Assembly (NCBI GenBank): GCA_019114965.1
Contig: DXEL01000044.1
Coordinates: forward strand, 27,542 to 91,541
Direction of reading: 5' to 3'
From: Candidatus Parabacteroides intestinipullorum
GTDB lineage: Bacteria > Bacteroidota > Bacteroidia > Bacteroidales > Tannerellaceae
Length of the DNA: 64,000 nucleotides
Within the stretch, counting starts at the first letter, position 1. The number at the start of each line of letters is the position of its first letter. The position numbers and the translations under genes are program-made. Under the pieces are notes generated by a model. The model ran no database searches. It saw only the letters and a list, made by a program, of their open reading frames with translations, and was not told where the DNA came from. Positions 47,713 to 54,785 of this stretch are shown here, one piece after another.

Positions 47713-49392
47713 TCATTGGCAAATATCCTTAAGCGGGATGCTTTGGAATGTCATATGCGCCACACTGCTTTCATAAAGGATGCCGATCGTCTCCCGGTCG
47801 ATCATCGTAAGGCAAGAATACCCCCAGCTTTCGCCCTCGTCAAGAAGCAATTGATGCTCGAGTGGCCAGGTCTGTCCACCGTCGAGGCTGATCTTGATCG
47901 TCATCTTGTCGCGAGAGGAGGTTGAGTTAGGGTTGGAGAATATCAATAAATCCTTGCCCAAGCAATTATCTTCCGCCTTTACGCTAATAAGGCTCGCCAT
48001 ACAGACCGGCTCGATGAGGGCGGTCCGTGATGACTCATGTTCTTTCCAAGTCTTGCCTAGGTCGGTAGTCGTATAGACGGCCCGGCTGCCGCCCCGATTA
48101 TCACGCATATTGAGCATTAATACGCCCGGCTTGACTTCCGCTACTTGCGACTCAGTCGTATTCGTGCGGGCATGATTGTGGATTTTCCATGTTTTCCCCC
48201 TGTCACGACTATACATTATGCCGGCGTTTGGGATACGATCTTGCCCAATGTACTGGATCGGAAAAACCAGTGTCCCGTCGGAGGTGGTGATACCTCGTCC
48301 GGGGCCTTGCAGCAGGAAATACCATTCCGGTCGTTTAACCTGTTCTGTCAGGTTGACAGGTGTCGACCAGTTTTTCCCGTCGTCTGTACTTTTGGCGATC
48401 ACCAATTGGGCTGTCTCATTCTTACCCATGCCAGGATAGGAGCTCCACCAGGCCCGTTGGTTTCCCATGCCATGTGTCCAAGCAGCCATGATAAAAATCG
48501 TGTTAGTTTGTGTGTCTACCAGAATGGACGGATCACCGGCACCGTTCTGGGAAGCAGGTAATCCGCCTTCCTCGCCAAAGGCGATCGGAAGACGCATCTT
48601 TTCCCAGGTCCGTCCACCATCGGTGCTGCGGCTCAAGCCAATATCGATATGCTCTTGCAGGTCGACACTGCTGTTATATCGAACATCATAGACAGCGAGT
48701 AATGTTCCTTTATTGGTCGTGACCAGGCCTGGGATGCGGAAGGCCGCGGCCCCATCATCTCCCGCGTGACGTACGCCGACGGCCATTCTTTGCCTCATAC
48801 CTTTGTCAGATAAGTCCTTGATGGGGATTGCTAGCCCATTCACTTTCGCCTGCGAGATCGAGGCACTTACGGTCGTGTGAAGCGAGGCAGAAGGTTTCAT
48901 CTCCAGGCTAATCCAGAAAAAGTTCCGTCCGGGAAATAGTTTTTGCTCGGCGGTGAAGGTCATTTGATGGCTTACAGGGACGGTTTCCGCCTTGAGGATG
49001 GAATAGCTGGGATTCGCGGCAAGCGTCTTGCCGGGTGTATGGGCTGAGATATAGGTTACTGGAGCGAAGCGGTTTTTCCCGTAATCTTGTCGGGCTTCCG
49101 TTCCCGCGTAATAAAGCTTGACTGATTTTATTTCCCGTAAGGGCAGCTCCTCATTGAGATTGAGACTGATCTCATTAAGTGTCTGGCCTTCTGTAGCGTC
49201 CAGGCGCATCTGTAGCAGGACATTATCGTGCCGTTCCAACAGGATGGGAATGTTGGGCCGCTTTACGAACAGCGTGTCTGTCGCTCTTGCGGCAAAAAGA
49301 GTGCCCAATAAACAGATGGCACACAAGGCTATTCTGGTAATTACCGTAAAGACGGGATGGCATAAGGCGTTTTTTCCTGAGTTTGTTTTCAT
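47713..49392 (-). CDS. nanH: GH33 sialidase with N-terminal CBM-like domain
   Basis: FRIP motif, Asp-boxes SRSTDGGRTW, AKSTDDGKNW, SRDRGKTW and SLDGGQTW, and WGYS; likely start 49392 (ORF track 49482); TATCTTCG -7 element at 49426-49433. Confidence 0.93.
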   Translation of the reverse strand: MKTNSGKNALCHPVFTVITRIALCAICLLGTLFAARATDTLFVKRPNIPILLERHDNVLLQMRLDATEGQTLNEISLNLNEELPLREIKSVKLYYAGTEARQDYGKNRFAPVTYISAHTPGKTLAANPSYSILKAETVPVSHQMTFTAEQKLFPGRNFFWISLEMKPSASLHTTVSASISQAKVNGLAIPIKDLSDKGMRQRMAVGVRHAGDDGAAAFRIPGLVTTNKGTLLAVYDVRYNSSVDLQEHIDIGLSRSTDGGRTWEKMRLPIAFGEEGGLPASQNGAGDPSILVDTQTNTIFIMAAWTHGMGNQRAWWSSYPGMGKNETAQLVIAKSTDDGKNWSTPVNLTEQVKRPEWYFLLQGPGRGITTSDGTLVFPIQYIGQDRIPNAGIMYSRDRGKTWKIHNHARTNTTESQVAEVKPGVLMLNMRDNRGGSRAVYTTTDLGKTWKEHESSRTALIEPVCMASLISVKAEDNCLGKDLLIFSNPNSTSSRDKMTIKISLDGGQTWPLEHQLLLDEGESWGYSCLTMIDRETIGILYESSVAHMTFQSIPLKDICQ

Positions 49393-49571
49393 AATACTTC
49401 TGCTTTTTCTGGTATGACTCTTCCGCGAAGATAATTTATTTCTGGAAAAGAATAGCGTGTATATGGCGAAGAAAAAAGTCACAAGGGCAGGAAACCGGTT
49501 GGTTAATTCCCGGTTCCGCCCATGTTATTTGGCGTTACCATTTGATGGTTTTGGTAGGTACAATATCCCGT

Positions 49572-51230
49572 TTACTGGATATTGACCCTCAATGGGCCAG
49601 CTACAGAGTTAAATAATAAGTCGCCATTCTCGAGATACTGGATGATGGCATAGGCGCCATTTCCCCTGTTGGTATCCCCAAAAATGACACGGTGTGTGGT
49701 TGCGCCAGTATCCCAGTTAAGACCTGTGACCTCCCAACCGTCGGTCGTAGTGTATCCATTTACGAAAACCATATTGGATGCCCGGCTGACGCTTGGGATC
49801 ATACTGATGGAGCTGATGTCAGGGCGTGCCCAAACGGATTCCCACTCATTGGTTTTGGTGTTCCATTGGAAGCGCTCGACACCCGTTGGTGAAGGTAAAA
49901 GTGGACCAACGGATAAGATACCAATGATCTTGTCAGGAAGAGGGCTTGTTATCTCATCTGAAATGTTGTTTACTACAAAAGCCCCGTAGCCGGCGACTAC
50001 TACCGACTGTTCGGATTGAATCCACTGTTGTCCCTCAAGCCCACACGTCACTCCAATCTTTCCGGCGATGCGCGGATTCTCCGGGTCGATTGTTACGGCA
50101 TCATCAGGGATCTCGTTTCGCCAGAAAGCGATCAGATCCATCTGTTGGGCACCATCCGTAATGACGACTAGCTTATCCTCATCATCACCGAATCCCATGA
50201 GGGTTGGTGTGGATCCTGTGCCATAACCCATTTTGATTGAGGGTACCGCCGGACCTCCCTCGTAGGTTGACGACCAAGCGCCGTCGGCCGTTTCCGTAGA
50301 AAGCTGACTGCCTGTCCAGACGATCTTTTGCATCAAACCTTCGCCATTAGGAGTTGTGCTATTGCTTGCCAGGTAAATCCCGTTGTTCTCATCAATAGAT
50401 ATGGAGTTGCTTAATGTCTGGTCCGCGGGAAGGGCATATTGGGCAACGACATTGCTCAATGTCCTGTCAACGATAGCGATACCGGAAGCGAATGTCGCGA
50501 CAAGATAACCATCGTAAGTCATTGACAGGCCGACAAGAGTATTGATATTGCTGAAATAATTCTTCATGTCGATTTCCTTGTCGAGCGTAATGCCTTTTGA
50601 CGGATCATTAGGGTCGGTCAGTTTGTAACGGATGATTCTTGACAAGGAATTGGTATACGCGTAATTGTCCTTATCGCAAAGAACGTAGTTTCCGCTGGCC
50701 ATCGCTATTTGAGGTATTGAGCCCAAAATATCCTTGGCAACTTCGCTCAATTCGTTAACCGAATTATATTTGGCGATCAACTTTTCAAGATCTTCTTGCG
50801 ATTTTGTGGAAACCGTTGGATAGGCGGCTTCGGCCACTTTCTCGAAACTGCCATTACCGATATAAATATAAGAGACACGGTCGCTGGCCATTCCCCACAT
50901 ATAGTCTGAGTTTGTCGAGGATAAGGTCATCAGGTTGACCGGTCCACTCCAGGTCATTGGGCATTTATCGATATCGACCTTGAATGTGCCTTCTTTTACG
51001 CTGTAAGGAAAGGCGTCTGTTTGTGCCGAATTAAAATGAGTGATACTGTAATGTTCGGCGGCAAGGTATGGATTCCTTTTGGGTACGTTTACCTCCGAGA
51101 TCGGTTTGGGGGTATCGTTCTCAGAACTGGTTCCTGGTTCATCATTGTCGGAACAGGAAATGAGACATGCCAGGCCAAGAATCATCATCGGTTTAATCCC
51201 CATCCACTTTTTTAATAATTCCATATCCAT
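49572..51230 (-). CDS. Uncharacterised lipoprotein, probable beta-propeller
   Basis: Lipobox LISC followed by acidic SDNDE; beta-rich body; 'HFNSAQTD' and 'GTGSTPTLMGFG...LVVITDG' motifs; TACTTTCG -7 element at 51258-51265. Confidence 0.7.
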   Translation of the reverse strand: MDMELLKKWMGIKPMMILGLACLISCSDNDEPGTSSENDTPKPISEVNVPKRNPYLAAEHYSITHFNSAQTDAFPYSVKEGTFKVDIDKCPMTWSGPVNLMTLSSTNSDYMWGMASDRVSYIYIGNGSFEKVAEAAYPTVSTKSQEDLEKLIAKYNSVNELSEVAKDILGSIPQIAMASGNYVLCDKDNYAYTNSLSRIIRYKLTDPNDPSKGITLDKEIDMKNYFSNINTLVGLSMTYDGYLVATFASGIAIVDRTLSNVVAQYALPADQTLSNSISIDENNGIYLASNSTTPNGEGLMQKIVWTGSQLSTETADGAWSSTYEGGPAVPSIKMGYGTGSTPTLMGFGDDEDKLVVITDGAQQMDLIAFWRNEIPDDAVTIDPENPRIAGKIGVTCGLEGQQWIQSEQSVVVAGYGAFVVNNISDEITSPLPDKIIGILSVGPLLPSPTGVERFQWNTKTNEWESVWARPDISSISMIPSVSRASNMVFVNGYTTTDGWEVTGLNWDTGATTHRVIFGDTNRGNGAYAIIQYLENGDLLFNSVAGPLRVNIQ

Positions 51231-51318
51231 AATTTTTTAAATGTTTAGTAAATGACGCGAAAGTATGGTTATGGATTGGTAAACAGCGGACAAAAAAGCA
51301 AAAACGATGGACAGATAA

Positions 51319-52566
51319 TCAATTGTCCGCCTTTTTTGCCTCCCATATATTCCTTAGTTCACCCTCTTGATAGAGTTTCCGGGCACGGCTATATGAGCGT
51401 TGGGAACCGAAGCCGCTGTTGTCGGCGATCTCCTGTTGTTTGGCTTCGGGATGCTCGTTGGCGTAACGGATGGCCTGTTCCATACGAAGAACATTCAGAT
51501 AGTTGTAGAATGAGATAAAGCGTTCCCTGAAGGTGATCGTGAGATAGGATCGATTGACATGAATCTTGCTTTCAAGCTCTGCTCTCGTAAGGTTGGGATC
51601 CATGAAGAGGTTTTCTCCTTCAACAACCTCTCGGATTTGTTTCTCGATCTTATCGAGCATGGCTTCGGGAAGTCCCGCTTGGTTATGCTTGGCGGATCTA
51701 TTTTCTGGATCTTCCTCATTCATCGTTTCTGTTATTGCCTTGACTGCGGTTTGTCTCTTCTCGGTATTCTTGCCCGGTGTCCTTTGGGGGTGAAGGATGA
51801 CAAGCAGGATCAAGAAGCCGGCGAGGCTGGCGGCGATCATGAAACATGCCAGCCAAAAACGGTTGTTGGCAAGGAATATGGTCCAGGCCACGGCGAGGAA
51901 AAAGATCGGGATAAGAATGATCGACGAGGCAAAATGTATTGGAAAATCATCTTCATTGGAAAATTCGTCGTGATTGTAGGTATAGATTTTCTTTCCCAAC
52001 CGGAAAATGATCAGGCACAGGTAGGTTGCCAGCGACACAGAGATGATTCCGACAAGTGAAAGTATCATTTTTTGTTGTCCGGCAAGATGATTTCCTCCGG
52101 CGCAGGCGAATCCTGATAACAATAGGAGGAGGCCGATCGGTATCGCTCCAATAAGCAGGATCTGTCTTTTATTCTTCTTGTAATGGCCAAAAAAGAAACT
52201 TTGGAATGTCAGTATGCTGAAGGTGGGGATGTGGAGAAGGAAGAAACTACGGGCGCATAACCATGCGTCAGGACTGTAGGGGTGAAATAGGCAAGGTATC
52301 AGTAATCCCGCAGCCAAATAGTTAATTGTCACAATTCGCCGTGCGGGAAAAAGCTGGTCCGTATCCTCATTGAATGGTCTCCACAAATTGCACCAACGAA
52401 TGGCTCCGCAGAAAAGGTAGGTCAATACCAGCGTGAAACATGCGGCCATGAAAAATAGATCTTCTCCTGTTGCAATCATGCGAATAGCTTTGAATGACGG
52501 CGCTAAATTACCTCTTTTTTTGATTAAGAGGAGTGATTGGCGGGCAGAAAATAGGGCATTCCACAC
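51319..52566 (-). CDS. Membrane-anchored AraC-family regulator (multi-TM N-terminus, C-terminal HTH)
   Basis: About 7 hydrophobic segments; LFMDPNLT..EL...NRSYL..F...FYNYLNVLRMEQA..IADNSGFGSQRSYSR; true start may be 52479. Confidence 0.85.
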   Translation of the reverse strand: MWNALFSARQSLLLIKKRGNLAPSFKAIRMIATGEDLFFMAACFTLVLTYLFCGAIRWCNLWRPFNEDTDQLFPARRIVTINYLAAGLLIPCLFHPYSPDAWLCARSFFLLHIPTFSILTFQSFFFGHYKKNKRQILLIGAIPIGLLLLLSGFACAGGNHLAGQQKMILSLVGIISVSLATYLCLIIFRLGKKIYTYNHDEFSNEDDFPIHFASSIILIPIFFLAVAWTIFLANNRFWLACFMIAASLAGFLILLVILHPQRTPGKNTEKRQTAVKAITETMNEEDPENRSAKHNQAGLPEAMLDKIEKQIREVVEGENLFMDPNLTRAELESKIHVNRSYLTITFRERFISFYNYLNVLRMEQAIRYANEHPEAKQQEIADNSGFGSQRSYSRARKLYQEGELRNIWEAKKADN

Positions 52567-52670
52567 ACATACGTATGTACGAGGCGATACGTACGTACTT
52601 GTAAGGCGAAAGGAACGTACGTGTTGGGCGACATATACGGTCGCGTCGCCTCACACGTACGTATGTGCTC
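52563..52670. repeat. Degenerate 22-bp-period ACGTACGT/GGCGA repeat
   Basis: GGCGA at 52583, 52605, 52627; several ACGTACGT palindromes; inverted TCGCC at 52646. Confidence 0.7.
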
Positions 52671-52671
52671 G

Positions 52672-53181
52672 TCATGCCTCTTTATCAGGGTGTAACCAGG
52701 CCACTTTTTGGACTGGTTGATGAGGTTGGCCGATAATATTGGCATAGAGATCCGGGCGGCGGGCTTCCCTGTAACGGTGGCCTCCGGCTTGAGTCAGTTT
52801 CTCTGGAACGAGGGTCGCGATGACATAATCATCACCCAGTTTGCGGCATTCGGCCAGGATATCGCCAAAGGGATCCAGGATCATCGAGCAACCATTTTTG
52901 ATCTCGTTGTAATTCGATGATGTTGTTATCGTAGCAGATCAAGATACCACATTTCCAGCCCTTAATGTCAAATACGATGTATTGGTCGCCGGGTAGAACT
53001 CTTCACGGCTGAGTTCTTTAGCGAAGGTATAACCACAAACAGAGCATTCATGGAACGCGACAATATCCGCGCCATCAGCTGCTGCTCGCTCGCACATGCG
53101 GCGGATTACGGACAGGTTGTAAGCCTTGTCGTTGTCGTGCGTCTCAAATTGGACGGTCGCGACTTTAATGGGATTTAACAT
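52672..53181 (-). pseudogene. Nitrilase/carbon-nitrogen hydrolase pseudogene with two apparent internal deletions and frameshifts
   Basis: Three islands in different frames: ...VAFHECSVCGYT..SREEF | LPGDQYIVFDIKGWKCGILICYDNNIIE | YNEIKNGCSMILDPFGD...RRPDLY; catalytic-Lys segment absent. Confidence 0.85.
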
Positions 53182-53297
53182 GAATAATATTTTAGATTAG
53201 ATTAAGTCCCAAAGTTAGGGCTTCTTCTTGGATTTTCTAAATGGTGACGGATATTTTGTTACATTTGCTCTTGAATAAACCATTAAAATGTAAGATT

Positions 53298-53618
53298 ATG
53301 TTAGTGACGACAACCAGTACCCTTGAGGGGCGGGAAATTGTGGATTATTTGGGAATCGTGTCGGGTGAGACCATTATTGGCGCGAACCTGTTTAAGGATT
53401 TTTTTGCCGGCATACGGGATATTGTTGGCGGACGTTCCGGATCTTATGAGGATGTGTTGCGTGAGGCGAAAGAGACGGCCTTGCGCGAGATGTCCGAGCA
53501 GGCAGAACGGATGGGTGCCAATGCCGTGATCGGGGTCGATCTCGATTATGAGACGGTAGGCAGCAGTGGCTCGATGCTGATGGTGACGGCGGCGGGCACG
53601 GCTGTGCGTTACAGATAA
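53298..53618 (+). CDS. YbjQ/UPF0145 family protein
   Basis: [33 protein letters not shown] and [12 protein letters not shown] motifs; TACATTTG promoter element at 53260. Confidence 0.92.
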   Translation: MLVTTTSTLEGREIVDYLGIVSGETIIGANLFKDFFAGIRDIVGGRSGSYEDVLREAKETALREMSEQAERMGANAVIGVDLDYETVGSSGSMLMVTAAGTAVRYR

Positions 53619-53629
53619 CACAAATGGGT

Positions 53630-53661
53630 AAAAAATAACCCGCACCTCACGGGCGGGTTAT
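53630..53661 (-). terminator. Terminator between the convergent ybjQ and pfkB genes
   Basis: ATAACCCGC-N9-GCGGGTTAT, with a T-tract on the minus strand. Confidence 0.75.
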
Positions 53662-53750
53662 CCCAATCAACCTAAAACTAAAACCTAAACCAATCTTTTT
53701 CCCTTTACTTAAAACCAATACTAACCTAATAGACTATTTAATATAAAAGA

Positions 53751-54632
53751 TCAAATTTTTTCGAACTTATCATACGACGGCCAAGCACCCTCACGGCTAC
53801 AAACAAATGCCGCTGTCTCGACCGCAGTCTTGTGCGCCTCTTTGAGCGACTTGCCTTTCAGCAGGGAGATGATTAAAGCTCCTGAGAAAGAATCGCCCGC
53901 ACCGACCGTATCCTTGACTTCCACTTTCGGGGTCGGCAGGATGGAGTATTCCTCCTTTGTATAGATAGCGCTGTAATGAGCGCCGGCGGTGAGGACAAAC
54001 AACCTGAGATTGTATTTCTCAAGGAACCATCTCGCCAACTCCTCTTCTGTGCCGCTTAATTCGAACATCCCTTTCAGGATCTCCAGCTCCTCATCGTTTA
54101 CCTTGAGGGCATTCGCTAAATAGAGAGATTCCTCAATCAACTCCTTACTGTAATAATGTTGCCTCATATTAATGTCGAATAGGCGATAAGCCGAATCTGG
54201 TGCGAACGAGAGTATCGCCTGGATCGTCTCGCGGGATTGCTTCGAGCGTTGTGCCAACGATCCGAAACAAATAGCGTCTGCTTTTTCCGCCAAGTCGATC
54301 GCGTCCGCGGTGGGCGACAGGTGATCCCATGCGACTCGTTCCGTAATGACATATTCAGGTATGCCGTTCTCTAATTTGACCTGAACTGTACCTGTCGGGT
54401 AAGGCACTTTTTCTACTAAATATTGTATATGATTCTTGTCTAATTCCTCTAGGATCTCCTCGCCATATTTATCGTCGCCAACAGCACTGATGGCATATCC
54501 CTCGCCTCCGAGGTGCGACGCATGATAGACGAAATTAATAGGAGCGCCACCGGCTTTCTTGCCTGTGGGGAGTAGATCCCATAACAGTTCGCCAATACCT
54601 ACAACAATCGGATTTCTTCTTTCTGTTTCCAT
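53751..54632 (-). CDS. PfkB family carbohydrate kinase (fructokinase-like)
   Basis: GIGELLWD, GGAPINF, FGSLAQR, DINMR, KVNDEE and DTVGAGDSF motifs; likely start 54632; TATTTTCG -7 element at 54658-54665. Confidence 0.92.
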   Translation of the reverse strand: METERRNPIVVGIGELLWDLLPTGKKAGGAPINFVYHASHLGGEGYAISAVGDDKYGEEILEELDKNHIQYLVEKVPYPTGTVQVKLENGIPEYVITERVAWDHLSPTADAIDLAEKADAICFGSLAQRSKQSRETIQAILSFAPDSAYRLFDINMRQHYYSKELIEESLYLANALKVNDEELEILKGMFELSGTEEELARWFLEKYNLRLFVLTAGAHYSAIYTKEEYSILPTPKVEVKDTVGAGDSFSGALIISLLKGKSLKEAHKTAVETAAFVCSREGAWPSYDKFEKI

Positions 54633-54675
54633 GATACGTTGCTTTATCATCACACCGCGAAAATAGGGTAACCGT

Positions 54676-54725
54676 TGTTACGAGGCTATAACATTTGCTA
54701 CATTCTTTATGATTTTAGTTACATT
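54676..54725 (-). promoter_or_regulatory. Candidate hybrid two-component (AraC) binding site
   Basis: G(C/T)TACATT direct repeat at 54697 and 54718 (21-bp period), upstream of the pfkB promoter. Confidence 0.45.
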
Positions 54726-54785
54726 CAAGTAAGAAAATCAAGTTGTTGTAACGGTATGACAAGTCAGGTAACCAAATCGTAAGGA

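Noticed and set aside
52672-53181. Programmed frameshifting restoring a functional mini-nitrilase
   Set aside because: No slippery heptamer at the junctions, two shifts would be needed, and the catalytic-Lys segment is absent.
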